Shown: positions 37,302 to 47,749, numbered from the stretch's first letter. The stretch: 64,000 nt of DNA from Burkholderiales bacterium (GCA_035456405.1 DATIDG010000094.1:8625-72624), one strand, 5' to 3'. Program-made: numbers and translations. The notes: a model not told the origin generated them from the letters alone.

Positions 37302-37331
37302 TCAGGTTGTGCTCGATCGCTGCAGGGGGGG

Positions 37332-38651
37332 TCAATCCGGAAAGCCGAGCAGCCGGACGAAGCCCGCCACGGGCTCGCCCGCCGCGTCGGCGCCGTTCTC
37401 GCGGGACTTGGGATCGGGATAGCCGAGCTTCAGCGCGGCGACCACGATCTCGTTTGCGGCGAGCCCGAGCTCGTGCTCGATCACGTCGTGGTAACGCGCC
37501 ACCGAGGTGCGGGAGAACGCCACGAGGCCGCGCGCCCGCGCCGCCGCGAGCAGCGCCTCGATGTGCATGCCGCAGTCGAGCCAGTCGCCGCGCCCGAGCG
37601 GCCACGCCGCGGTGTAGATCAGTGCGAGCGGCGCGCCCGATGCCGGTTCACCGAGGCCTGCGGCCTGCAGCGCGGCGACGAGCCGCGCGAGCGGTTCCCC
37701 CGCGAGAACATAAACGCGCCACGGCGGGTCGCCGCTCGTGGCGAGCGCCGGGCGCGCCGCCGCGAGGACCGCTTCTACGGTTTCGCGCGAGACCGGCGCC
37801 GGGAGCAGCGCCTGAGGTGTCCGATGCGAGACGAGCGCGCGATCGACCGCAGCCCGGTCGTCCGCGCTGACCGGCGGCTGCGCCCGCAGCCGGCGACCGC
37901 GCCCGGCGAACGCGGCGTGCGTGTCGATCGCATCCACGAGCTCCGGCGTCCCTTCCTTGGTGGTGGCGGTCGTGCGCAGCACGCGCACCTCCCACTCGCC
38001 CCGCCGGCGCAGCCTGAGCATCTCGCGCAGGGCGCGTTCGGTGTCGACGGCGAGCGGCGAGTCACCCTTGTTCACCACCAGGATGTCGGCGATCTCGAGG
38101 ATGCCCGCCTTGATCGCCTGCACGTCGTCGCCCAGGCCGGGCGCGCACACGACGATACGCGTGTCCGCGATCCCGGCCACCTCCACTTCCGACTGCCCGG
38201 TGCCGACCGTCTCGACCAGGATGGTGTCGAACCCCGCCGCGTCGAGGACGTCCACGATCCGGCTCGTCTGGCGCGACAGGCCGCCGAGGTGGCCGCGCGA
38301 TGCGACCGAGCGGATGAACACCCGGTCGTCGCTCCCGTGCTCGCCCATGCGCACGCGGTCGCCCAGCACGGCGCCGCCGGTGACGGGGCTCGACGGATCG
38401 ACTGCGACAACGCCGATCCGCCGGCCGCGCGCGAGCAGCTCGCCGAGCAGGGCGTTGATCAGCGTGGACTTGCCCGAGCCGGGCGCGCCGGTGATGCCGA
38501 TCGCGTGCGCGCTTCCGACGTGGGGCGCCATCGCCGCGTTCAGCGCGGCGCTCTCGCGGCTCTCCGTCTCGACCGCCGTGATCGCGCGCGCGATCGAGCG
38601 CCGGTCGCCGGCGCGAACCGGGGCGAGGAGCGGGTGATCAGCGGGATTCAT
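37332..38651 (-). CDS. MeaB/ArgK-type G-protein chaperone fused to a C-terminal nitroreductase-like domain
   Basis: The N-terminal 270 aa or so carry GITGAPGSGKSTL, DPSSPVTGGAVLGDRVRM, VETVGTGQSE and NKGD. The C-terminal 165 aa or so carry VSHRTPQALLPAPVSRETVEAVLAAARPALATSGDPPWRVYVL...LKLGYPD, a nitroreductase-fold pattern. Confidence 0.8.
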   Translation of the reverse strand: MNPADHPLLAPVRAGDRRSIARAITAVETESRESAALNAAMAPHVGSAHAIGITGAPGSGKSTLINALLGELLARGRRIGVVAVDPSSPVTGGAVLGDRVRMGEHGSDDRVFIRSVASRGHLGGLSRQTSRIVDVLDAAGFDTILVETVGTGQSEVEVAGIADTRIVVCAPGLGDDVQAIKAGILEIADILVVNKGDSPLAVDTERALREMLRLRRRGEWEVRVLRTTATTKEGTPELVDAIDTHAAFAGRGRRLRAQPPVSADDRAAVDRALVSHRTPQALLPAPVSRETVEAVLAAARPALATSGDPPWRVYVLAGEPLARLVAALQAAGLGEPASGAPLALIYTAAWPLGRGDWLDCGMHIEALLAAARARGLVAFSRTSVARYHDVIEHELGLAANEIVVAALKLGYPDPKSRENGADAAGEPVAGFVRLLGFPD

Positions 38652-38762
38652 CTAACGGAAGAGGTGAACAACGGTCAAAGAGGACACGGAGATCACTCTT
38701 CTCTGGCTGTCCGTGTCCTCTGTGCATCTCTGTGATCTCTGTGTCCGCTCTTCTCGTTCCTT
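38652..38762. repeat. REP-like intercistronic element (perfect 12-bp inverted repeat plus CTCTGTG mini-repeats)
   Basis: AGAGGACACGGA (38679-38690) pairs with TCCGTGTCCTCT (38710-38721). Next comes TGTGCATCTCTGTGATCTCTGTGTCC, with (A)TCTCTGTG repeated 3 times. The element lies between the mutase large subunit and the meaB fusion. Confidence 0.8.
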
Positions 38763-40436
38763 TCACACGATAGCCTGAACGTGCCCGAAGCCGAGCTCCT
38801 TGCGCAGCCGCCCGCAGATCTCGCCGTGCGTGCAGCCCGCCTCGGCGGCTTCGACCACCTTGGCGAACACGTTCTCGCCGGGATCTTGCGCGGCCGCGCC
38901 GAGCGCGTCGAGCGCCTTGCGCACCGCGGCCTCGGGGCGCGCTGCCTTGTACGCCCTGAACGCCTCGATGTGCGCCTTCATGTGCGACGGATCGGGCTTC
39001 TCGAGCGGCTGCCGCGCGCTGCGGTCCTCGTCCACCCGGTACGCGTTCACGCCCACGATCGTCTGCTCTCCCGACTCGACCCTGGCCTGGAACTGCCGCG
39101 CCGACTCGCCGATCATCTTCTGCACGAGGCCGCCCTCGACCGCCTTGTACATCCCGCCCGCGTCCTCGACCAGCTTCATGATGCGGAGGCACTCGGCCTC
39201 CATCTGGTCGGTGAGCCGCTCGACGTAGTAGCTCCCGCCGAGCGGGTCGATCACGTCGGTCAGGTGCGCCTCCTCGCGCAGGATGTTCTGCGTGGCCACC
39301 GCGATCCGCGCGCCCGCCTCGGTCGGGCAGGACAGCGCCTCGTCGTAGCTGTCGGTGTGCAGCGACTGGAGGCCGCCGAAGATGCCGGCCATCGCCTGCA
39401 CCGCGACGCGCGCGACGTTGTTGAGCGGCTGGGCGCGCGTGAGATCCACGCCCGAGGTCTGCGCGTGGAACTTGAAGCGCCACGAGCGCGGGTCCTTCGC
39501 GCCCCACCGCTCGCGCGCGACGCGCGCCCAGATGCGCCGGCCGGCGCGGAACTTCGCGATCTCTTCGAAGAACGAGATCGAGATGTCGAAGAAGAACGTG
39601 AAGCGCGGCAGGAACTGGTCCGGGTCCATTCCGCGCGCGGCGCAGTCGTCGGCGTTCTGGATCGCGGTCGAGAGCGTGAAGGCCATCGCCTCCGCCGGGT
39701 TCGCGCCGCCCTGCTGCATGTGCTGGCCGACGACCGACATCGGATTCCACTTCGGCACGAAGCGGTTGCAGTACTCGATGTGGTCCGCGAGGATGCGCCG
39801 CGCGCCCGGCAGCGCGATGCGGAAGAACATGTGGTTCGCGACGTAGTGCGAGAGGTAGTCGCTCTGGTTCGAGGTCCCGCTGATCAGGCGCCAGTCGACG
39901 CCGCGCCGCTTTGCCGTCGCCAGCAGGAAGGCGAGGAGCGTGAACGGGCTCGGATCGTTCATCGCGCAGGAGGTCCGCGCGAGATCGACGCCCTCGAGCG
40001 CGCGTTCCATGTGGTCGGCGGAATTGACGACCGTTCCGCAGGTGCCGAGAAGCTCCTCGTGCACCTCGTCCATGTCGTAGCCGCGGAACACGGAGTTGCA
40101 CGGGATGAGCGAGATCGCGTTCGTGCCCCGGTCGACGAGGTCGCGCAGGCGCGCGTTGTAGTCGGCCGGCGTGCCGAGCCCGACGAGCTGGCGCTGCGAC
40201 CAGGTACGGCCGCGATGCATGGTCGCGTAGATGCCGCGCGTGTAGGGCGGCTGGCCGGGAAAGCCCAGGGCCTCGTCGTACCGCGCCGGATCGACGTCGC
40301 GCGGCGTGTAGAGCGGCTTGATCTCGATGCCGGAGCGGTTGGCGATCGCCTCGTCCGCGCCGATCTGCGCGGCGTACTCGTCCTGCCAGCGGGCCTCGGG
40401 GGTGTCGAGCAGCTTGGTCTCGAGAGGCTTGTTCAT
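38763..40436 (-). CDS. Methylmalonyl-CoA-mutase-family large (substrate-binding) subunit, divergent subfamily
   Basis: 557-aa [46 protein letters not shown] and [13 protein letters not shown] are clearly acyl-CoA mutase motifs. Several pocket motifs are non-canonical (see findings). Confidence 0.85.
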   Translation of the reverse strand: MNKPLETKLLDTPEARWQDEYAAQIGADEAIANRSGIEIKPLYTPRDVDPARYDEALGFPGQPPYTRGIYATMHRGRTWSQRQLVGLGTPADYNARLRDLVDRGTNAISLIPCNSVFRGYDMDEVHEELLGTCGTVVNSADHMERALEGVDLARTSCAMNDPSPFTLLAFLLATAKRRGVDWRLISGTSNQSDYLSHYVANHMFFRIALPGARRILADHIEYCNRFVPKWNPMSVVGQHMQQGGANPAEAMAFTLSTAIQNADDCAARGMDPDQFLPRFTFFFDISISFFEEIAKFRAGRRIWARVARERWGAKDPRSWRFKFHAQTSGVDLTRAQPLNNVARVAVQAMAGIFGGLQSLHTDSYDEALSCPTEAGARIAVATQNILREEAHLTDVIDPLGGSYYVERLTDQMEAECLRIMKLVEDAGGMYKAVEGGLVQKMIGESARQFQARVESGEQTIVGVNAYRVDEDRSARQPLEKPDPSHMKAHIEAFRAYKAARPEAAVRKALDALGAAAQDPGENVFAKVVEAAEAGCTHGEICGRLRKELGFGHVQAIV

Positions 40437-40450
40437 TGCTGACTCCGGGA

Positions 40451-40873
40451 TCAGACTGTGGCGCGTGCGGCGCGCACGCGCCGCGCCGCTTCACGGATGT
40501 ACTGTGCGATCTCCTCGAGCCCGGCGCCGGGGTGAAAGATCCTGGCGACGCCACTGCGCAGGAGGAGATCCTCGTCCTCGTCGGGCACGATCCCGCCGAC
40601 GATCACTGCGACGTCGCCCAGTCCGGCGGCGCGCAGCGCGTCCATCACCTTCGGCACGATCAGGTGGTCGGTCGCGAGCGAGGAGATGCCGATCACGTCG
40701 ACGTCCTCCTCGGTCGCCAGCTTGACGACCGTCGCGATCTCCTGCCATGGCGGCGTGTAGATCACCTCCATGCCCGCGTCGCGCAGGTACGCCGCGACCA
40801 CGCGGCTGCCGCGGTCGTGGCCGTCGAAGCCGATCTTCGTGATCAACACTTTTGGTCGGATGTCCATCGTCAT
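40451..40873 (-). CDS. Acyl-CoA mutase small subunit, cobalamin-binding domain
   Basis: The ATG at 40873 overlaps the tetR stop (ATGA). The 140-aa product has DGHDRG (DxHxxG), GISSL (SxL) and VGGIVP (GG). Confidence 0.9.
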   Translation of the reverse strand: MTMDIRPKVLITKIGFDGHDRGSRVVAAYLRDAGMEVIYTPPWQEIATVVKLATEEDVDVIGISSLATDHLIVPKVMDALRAAGLGDVAVIVGGIVPDEDEDLLLRSGVARIFHPGAGLEEIAQYIREAARRVRAARATV

Positions 40874-41472
40874 TCCTGGTCCAGTTCGCTGCGCAGCAGC
40901 GCGACGAAGCGCCGCGCGATCGTCCGCGGACTGTCGCGGCCCGGGTGGTACCAGGTCTGCGACCAGTTGAGCGCGCCGAGCAGCATCAGCCGCACGCTGC
41001 GGCGGTCGACGCCGCGCGCGAGCGGCAGCGCCTGCACGAGGTCGACGAAGAGTCTTTCGTACTCGTCCCGGCGCCTCACCAGCTCGCCGGCGACGGTCGG
41101 CGCATCGGCCGGGCGCACGCGGATGACGACCTGCGCGTAGTCGCCCGCGCTGTTCTCCGAAAGCAGCAGCCCCTCGAGATGCGCCACGCACGCGGCCTCG
41201 AGACGTTCCCACGGCTCGCGTTTGCCGGCGATCGCCGCGCTCACCGCCTCCGAGATGCGCCGCACGCCTTCCGCGTAAACCGCGGCAAGCAGCGCCTCCT
41301 TGGTGGCGAAGTGGTAGTAGAGGGAGCCCGGCAACATGTCGATCGCGCGCACGATGTCGCGCACCGACGTGCCGTGGAACCCCTGCACGGCGAACAGGCG
41401 CGCCGCCTCGTCCAGGATCAGAGGCAGGCGGTTGTCGGCACGCGGGACGCGGGCGGGGCGGGCGGGAGGCAT
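40870..41472 (-). CDS. TetR/AcrR family transcriptional regulator
   Basis: 200-aa ORF. The N-terminal HTH is FHGTSVRDIVRAIDMLPGSLYYHFATKEALL. Confidence 0.9.
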   Translation of the reverse strand: MPPARPARVPRADNRLPLILDEAARLFAVQGFHGTSVRDIVRAIDMLPGSLYYHFATKEALLAAVYAEGVRRISEAVSAAIAGKREPWERLEAACVAHLEGLLLSENSAGDYAQVVIRVRPADAPTVAGELVRRRDEYERLFVDLVQALPLARGVDRRSVRLMLLGALNWSQTWYHPGRDSPRTIARRFVALLRSELDQE

Positions 41473-41473
41473 G

Positions 41474-41505
41474 GTTACAAAGCAAACGATCGTTTGCTTT
41501 GTAAC
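41474..41505. promoter_or_regulatory. Perfect 32-bp palindrome, candidate TetR operator
   Basis: GTTACAAAGCAAACGATCGTTTGCTTTGTAAC is its own reverse complement. It is AT-rich in a GC-rich context and starts 2 nt upstream of the tetR ATG. Confidence 0.7.
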
Positions 41506-41540
41506 ACGGCGGCGGGCCGCGGGTCAACGCCGGCCGGCGG

Positions 41541-42161
41541 TCAAGTCGCAGACCAGTTGAGATGGAACTCGAGGGGCGGCGGCTCCCAGGCCGCCATGCG
41601 GTCGACGAGCCGCTCGGGGTCGGGTTCCGCCACCACCAGCCCGCGGTGCCCCGCACGGAGCAGGCCGTCCGCCACCGCGCGGTCGAATTGCGCGAGGAGG
41701 CCGTCGAAGTAGCCCGCGACGTTCACCACGCCGCACGGCTTGCGGTGGATGCCGAGCTGCGCCCAGGTGATCATCTCGCAGATCTCCTCGAAGGTGCCGA
41801 AGCCGCCGGGCAGCGCCACGAATCCGTCCGAGAGCTCGGACATCCGCGCCTTGCGCTCGTGCATGGAGCGCACGACGATCAGCTCGGTGAGATCGACGCC
41901 GTCGTAAGCGAGCTCCTTCCTCTGCAGCGCGGAAGGAATGATGCCGATGACTTTCCCGCCGGCGCTGCGCGCGCCCTGCGAGACGGCCCCCATCAGTCCG
42001 ACGCGGCCGCCGCCGAATACGAGGGTGATGCCGCGCCGCGCGAGCGCCGCGCCCATGGCGCGGGCGGTCGCGGCGAAGACCGGATCGTTGCCGGCGTTCG
42101 AGCCGGCGAAAATGCAGAGTGCCTTGATCGGCAATTTCAGAACCCCCCCGTCGCGAGCCAT
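41541..42161 (-). CDS. LOG family protein (TIGR00730; cytokinin riboside 5'-monophosphate phosphoribohydrolase-like)
   Basis: GGGRVGLMG and PGGFGTFEE motifs are present. The ATG at 42161 overlaps the upstream gene by 25 nt. An alternative TTG at 42134 (MPIKALCIFAGS) has GGGGGG upstream and removes the overlap. Confidence 0.85.
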   Translation of the reverse strand: MARDGGVLKLPIKALCIFAGSNAGNDPVFAATARAMGAALARRGITLVFGGGRVGLMGAVSQGARSAGGKVIGIIPSALQRKELAYDGVDLTELIVVRSMHERKARMSELSDGFVALPGGFGTFEEICEMITWAQLGIHRKPCGVVNVAGYFDGLLAQFDRAVADGLLRAGHRGLVVAEPDPERLVDRMAAWEPPPLEFHLNWSAT

Positions 42162-42739
42162 CGCTCCACCTGGTCCAGCCGGTCGGCGCCCCAGAATGCC
42201 TCGCCGTCCACCACGATGTACGGCGACCCGAACGCGCCGGCCTTGATCGCCTTCTCGACCTCGCCCTTGGTGAGGTCCTTGACGGCCTGGTCGTTGATGC
42301 CCGCGCGCACCTCGTCCGCGTTCAGGCCCGACTTCGCCGCGACCGCGATCGTGCTCTCGGCATCGGAGATGTCGACGTCCTCGACCATGTAGGCGCGGTA
42401 CAGGGCGGCCGCGAGCTGCTTCGCGCGCTTCGGGTCCTTCGCGTTCATCCAGTAGAACGCCCGGGTCGGCGCCACCGACGAGATCGGAAACTTGCTCGGA
42501 TACTTGAACGGCACGCCGTGGAAGCGCGCGCTGCGCGCGAAGTCGCGGATGAAATACTCGCCCTTCATCGGAAACCCGACCGGCGCCGCCCCGCCGGTGA
42601 CCTTGAACGCCGCGCCCAGCAGGAACGGCCGCCAGATCGCCTCGCGCCCGTGCCTGGCCGCGAGCGCGTCGATCTTGTGGCTCGCGATGTACCCGTACGG
42701 CGAGGCGAAGTCGAAGTAGAAGTCGATCGGTGCCGGCAT
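42137..42739 (-). CDS. 2-hydroxychromene-2-carboxylate isomerase / DsbA-like thioredoxin-fold protein
   Basis: 200-aa ORF. IDFYFDFASPYGY and GSPYIVVDGEAFWGADRL are typical of the HCCA isomerase family. Confidence 0.85.
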   Translation of the reverse strand: MPAPIDFYFDFASPYGYIASHKIDALAARHGREAIWRPFLLGAAFKVTGGAAPVGFPMKGEYFIRDFARSARFHGVPFKYPSKFPISSVAPTRAFYWMNAKDPKRAKQLAAALYRAYMVEDVDISDAESTIAVAAKSGLNADEVRAGINDQAVKDLTKGEVEKAIKAGAFGSPYIVVDGEAFWGADRLDQVERWLATGGF

Positions 42740-42746
42740 CGTTGTC

Positions 42747-43883
42747 TCACTCGTTCGCTATTGCGCGGCTGATCACCAGCCGCTGAATGTCGCTGGCCCC
42801 TTCGTAGATCTGGCACACCCGCACGTCCCGGTAGATCCGTTCCACGGGGAAGTCGTTCACGTAACCGTAGCCGCCGTGGATCTGGATTGCGTCGGAGCAG
42901 ACCTGCTCGGCCATCTCGCTCGCGAAGAGCTTCGCCATCGACGCCTCCTTGAGGCACGGGCGCTTCGCGTCGCGCAGGGCCGCCGCGTGCCACACCATCT
43001 GTCGCGCGACCTCGATCTGCGTCGCCATGTCCGCGAGGCGGAAGCTCACCGCCTGGTGCTCGATGATCGGCTTGCCGAAGGTCTCGCGCTCCTTCGCGTA
43101 GGCGAGGGCGGCCTCGTATGCGGCGCGCGCCATTCCGACCGCCTGCGCCGCGATGCCGATCCTTCCTCCCTCGAGGTTCGAGAGCGCGATGCGGTAGCCC
43201 TGGCCCTCCGCCCCGAGCAGGCTGTCCGCCGGGACGCGGCAATTCTCGAACGCGATCTGGGCCGTGTCGGAGGCGCGCTGGCCAAGCTTGTGCTCGACGC
43301 GCGCCACGACGTAGCCGGGCGTGTCGGCCGGCACGACAAAGGCGCTGATCCCGCGCTTCCCTGCGCCCTTGTCGGACACGGCGAAGACGACGGCCCAATC
43401 GGCGTTCTTCCCGGTCGTGATGAACTGCTTCACGCCGTTCAGCACCCAGTGCGCGCCGTCGCGCTCCGCGCGGGTCCGGATCGCCGCGGCGTCCGAGCCG
43501 ACGTGCGGCTCGGTCAGGCAGAAGCAGCCGAGCTTCTGGCCCGAGGCGAGCGGATTGAGCCAGCGCGCCTTCTGCGCGTCGGTGCCGAAGGCATTGATCG
43601 GCCCGCAGACCACCGAGTTCTGCACGCTGAGCATGGTCGAGCACGCGCCGTCGCCGGCGGCCACCTCCTCGAGCACCAGCGCGAGCGACACGTGGTCGAG
43701 CCCGGCCCCGCCCCAGCGCTCGGGCACGCACACGCCCATGAGGCCCATCCGCCCCATCTCCGCAAGCGCCTCGCGCGGGAACGTCGCGTTCCGGTCCCAC
43801 TCCGCGGCGAACGGCGCGAGCCTCTCGCGCGCGAACGCCCGCACCGAGTCGCGGACCATTTCCTGTTCGTGTGTCAGCAGCAT
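42747..43883 (-). CDS. Short/branched-chain acyl-CoA dehydrogenase
   Basis: The ATG at 43883 gives [41 protein letters not shown] and IYEGASDIQ motifs are present. Confidence 0.9.
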   Translation of the reverse strand: MLLTHEQEMVRDSVRAFARERLAPFAAEWDRNATFPREALAEMGRMGLMGVCVPERWGGAGLDHVSLALVLEEVAAGDGACSTMLSVQNSVVCGPINAFGTDAQKARWLNPLASGQKLGCFCLTEPHVGSDAAAIRTRAERDGAHWVLNGVKQFITTGKNADWAVVFAVSDKGAGKRGISAFVVPADTPGYVVARVEHKLGQRASDTAQIAFENCRVPADSLLGAEGQGYRIALSNLEGGRIGIAAQAVGMARAAYEAALAYAKERETFGKPIIEHQAVSFRLADMATQIEVARQMVWHAAALRDAKRPCLKEASMAKLFASEMAEQVCSDAIQIHGGYGYVNDFPVERIYRDVRVCQIYEGASDIQRLVISRAIANE

Positions 43884-43891
43884 CCCCCGTC

Positions 43892-44374
43892 CTACGGCGC
43901 CACGGGTGCGGCGCCCTTCTGCATCGCGCGGAGGTGTCCGCCGAGGAGCGCCGCGGGGATCACTAGCACGTCGCCCGCGAGCCGCACCCACAACGCGGTT
44001 CCCTGCCCGGAGAAGAGCACCATCGCCTCGCCGAACACGAGCGACGCGAGCCCGACCGCGAACGCGGTCGCGTACTCGCTCCGGTTCGCGAACCGCGCCG
44101 CGACGTAGCCGCCCAGCGCAGTGCAGGTCAGTCCACCCGCCAGGCCGACGAGCTGGAAGGTCGGGGACTCCGCGAACGCCCGGCCGAGATCCTCGGGAGC
44201 GACGCCGCCGGACACGAGGAGGATGCTCGCGACCGTCGCCGCGACCACCGAGAACACCATGGTGCCGCCGACGTCCACCACGAAGCCGAGCAGGATGGCG
44301 AGCGGCGTCGAACGCGGCCGCGCGCCTTGCGGGTCGCGGACCGGCGAGCCCGGCGGGCGATAGGGATCGGTCAC
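43892..44374 (-). CDS. Hypothetical membrane protein (about 4 TM helices)
   Basis: 160-aa ORF with hydrophobic segments ([30 protein letters not shown], etc.). No family recognised. Confidence 0.55.
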   Translation of the reverse strand: MTDPYRPPGSPVRDPQGARPRSTPLAILLGFVVDVGGTMVFSVVAATVASILLVSGGVAPEDLGRAFAESPTFQLVGLAGGLTCTALGGYVAARFANRSEYATAFAVGLASLVFGEAMVLFSGQGTALWVRLAGDVLVIPAALLGGHLRAMQKGAAPVAP

Positions 44375-44432
44375 GCCCGCCTCGGCACGGTGATCCGGCT
44401 CCCGTTCTTCACGAGGCGTCCGGGTCGCCGTG

Positions 44433-45617
<1,185 letters not shown>

Positions 45618-45651
45618 GGTGAGTTCCTCGGTCGAAGGCGATGACGAAAAT

Positions 45652-46281
45652 CTATACGGGTTTGCGGTCGAGTGCGAGCCAGGCGGCGAGCGCGCCGAAG
45701 ACGCCGCCGAGGGCAATGCGTTGAGCCTTCACCCATCCTGGACGCGCCGTGATGCGCCGCGCCAGCGCGGCTGCGAGCAGGACAACGCCCACATCGACCG
45801 CTGCAGTGACGGCGATGTTAACGAGCCCCAGGACGACACTCTGCGCGAGCACCGGGCCGGCGGGATCGATGAACTGGGGCAAGAGCGCGAGATAGAAAAG
45901 CGCCACCTTCGGGTTCAGCACGCTCGACGTCACGCCCTGACGGAACAGCACGCGGTCCGGGACCGAGGGCAGCGCTACGAGTGCGAAGCCATCGCCCCCC
46001 GCGCCGCGAATCGTCGTCGACGCGAGCCACAGCAGGTACGCCGCGCCAGCGAGCCGGATCGCGTCGTAGGCGAGCGGCACCGTCATCAGCACCGCGGACA
46101 ACCCGAGCGCGGCGGCGAGCATGTGGAACGACAGGCCGGCCGACGTGCCGCTCCAGGAAATGAGTCCCGCGCGGCGACCCTGGAAGAGCGTTCGCGAGAG
46201 GAGGTAGAGCATGTTCGGCCCCGGCGTGAGCGCGAGCACCACCGAGGCCAGCGCCACCATCGCGAGAGTCTGCGACTGCAT
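45652..46281 (-). CDS. LysE/RhtB family amino-acid exporter
   Basis: 209-aa ORF. LTPGPNMLY and NPKVALFYLALLPQF are LysE family motifs. Confidence 0.88.
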   Translation of the reverse strand: MQSQTLAMVALASVVLALTPGPNMLYLLSRTLFQGRRAGLISWSGTSAGLSFHMLAAALGLSAVLMTVPLAYDAIRLAGAAYLLWLASTTIRGAGGDGFALVALPSVPDRVLFRQGVTSSVLNPKVALFYLALLPQFIDPAGPVLAQSVVLGLVNIAVTAAVDVGVVLLAAALARRITARPGWVKAQRIALGGVFGALAAWLALDRKPV

Positions 46282-46285
46282 CGGT

Positions 46286-47506
46286 CTAGATCGTCTCGGC
46301 GAAGAGCTCTCTGCCGATCAGCCAGCGCCGGATCTCGCTCGTGCCGGCGCCTATCTCGTACAGCTTCGCGTCGCGCCACAGCCGCCCGGTCGCGTAGTCG
46401 TTGATGTAGCCGTTGCCGCCGAGCGCCTGGATCGCCTCGCCGGCCATCCACGTCGCCTTCTCGGCGGAGTAGAGGATCGCGCCCGCGGCGTCCTTGCGCA
46501 GCGCCCGCACGTCGTCCGGCGTCTTCGCGCGATCGCAAGCCTGCCCGACCGCGTACACGTAGGCACGGCACGCCATCATCGTCGAGTACATGTCGGCGAG
46601 CTTGCCCTGCATGAGCTGGAACTCGCCGATCGACTGGCCGAACTGCTTGCGCTCGTGCACGTATGGAATCACCACGTCCATGCACGCCGCCATGAGACCG
46701 ATCGGCCCACCGGAGAGCACCGCGCGCTCGAAGTCGAGCCCGCTCATGAGGACGTTCACACCCCGCCCGAATTCGCCGAGGATCTGGGACTCGGGCACCT
46801 CGCAGTCCTGGAACACCAGCTCGCAAGTGTTGGAGCCGCGCATGCCGAGCTTGTCGAGCTTCTGTGCGGTGCCGAAGCCCTTCATGCCCTTCTCGATGAG
46901 GAACGCGGTGATTCCGCGCGGGCCGGCGTTCGCATCGGTCTTGGCGTAGACCACCAGCGTGTCCGCATCCGGCCCGTTGGTGATCCATATCTTGTTGCCG
47001 TTGAGCACGAACTTTCCGTTCGAATAGTCGGCCCGCAGGCGCATGTTCACCACGTCGGAGCCGGCGCCCGGCTCGCTCATCGCGAGCGCGCCGACGTGCT
47101 CGCCAGAGACGAGCTTCGGCAGGTACTTCTCCTTCTGCGCAGTGCTGCCGTTGCGGCGGATCTGGTTGACGCAAAGGTTCGAGTGCGCGCCGTACGACAG
47201 CCCCACCGACGCCGAAGCGCGGCTGATCTCCTCCATCGCGACGATGTGCGCGACGTAGCCGAGGTAGCTGCCGCCGTACGCCTCTTCCACGGTGATGCCG
47301 AGCAGCCCGAGGTCGCCGAGCTTCTTCCACAGATCGGGCGGGAACTCGTTCGTGCGGTCGATCTCGGCCGCGCGCGGAGCGATCTCCTCGGCCGCGAACT
47401 CGCGCACGGTGCGGCGGAGCATGTCGACCGTTTCGCCGAGCTCGAAGCGCAACTGCGGGAACTCGATCATCGGGACGGCGGAACCGAGGTGCTGGGGGCG
47501 ATCCAT
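46286..47506 (-). CDS. ivd: Isovaleryl-CoA dehydrogenase
   Basis: [18 protein letters not shown] and the overall sequence are typical of IVD/LiuA. The ATG at 47506 has GGAGA 9 nt upstream. An ATG at 47470 is the alternative start. Confidence 0.9.
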   Translation of the reverse strand: MDRPQHLGSAVPMIEFPQLRFELGETVDMLRRTVREFAAEEIAPRAAEIDRTNEFPPDLWKKLGDLGLLGITVEEAYGGSYLGYVAHIVAMEEISRASASVGLSYGAHSNLCVNQIRRNGSTAQKEKYLPKLVSGEHVGALAMSEPGAGSDVVNMRLRADYSNGKFVLNGNKIWITNGPDADTLVVYAKTDANAGPRGITAFLIEKGMKGFGTAQKLDKLGMRGSNTCELVFQDCEVPESQILGEFGRGVNVLMSGLDFERAVLSGGPIGLMAACMDVVIPYVHERKQFGQSIGEFQLMQGKLADMYSTMMACRAYVYAVGQACDRAKTPDDVRALRKDAAGAILYSAEKATWMAGEAIQALGGNGYINDYATGRLWRDAKLYEIGAGTSEIRRWLIGRELFAETI

Positions 47507-47695
47507 CGGTGTTCTCCAGGAATGCGCGGCCGCCGAAATGGCGCCCCGCACATTACGGTAGTTCCGATAAAGGCCTTTCGGCCGAAAATGTCGCTAGCTC
47601 GGAACGGCACAAGGCGTTGTCTGATGACGTCCACGCTCGTCCAATTGCGCTGCCTCGCGACACCCCGAGGCCATTGTGCAGAACTTTCCCAATTT

Positions 47696-47723
47696 GCGAC
47701 AATTGTCGCGCCGCCGCATTCTA
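47696..47723. promoter_or_regulatory. 14-bp perfect palindrome GCGACAATTGTCGC adjacent to a minus-strand TAGAAT (-10-like) box
   Basis: The palindrome lies at 47696-47709 and TAGAAT (minus strand) at 47718-47723. Both are in the 243-bp divergent spacer between ivd and the MBL hydrolase/phaC genes. Confidence 0.4.
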
Positions 47724-47749
47724 CTCCCGCGTCAGGCACCCGCCCAGGC

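Noticed and set aside
38715-38750. CTCTGTG mini-repeats as a possible CRISPR array
   Set aside because: The units are only about 9-10 nt, directly adjacent without spacers, and only three in number. No cas genes are present. They fit a REP-like element instead.
42134-42161. The 25-nt same-strand overlap between the HCCA-isomerase-like gene and the LOG gene, as programmed coupling
   Set aside because: An in-frame TTG at 42134 with a GGGGGG SD-like run gives a typical LOG N-terminus (MPIKALCIFAGS) and removes the overlap. This is most likely just start-codon ambiguity.
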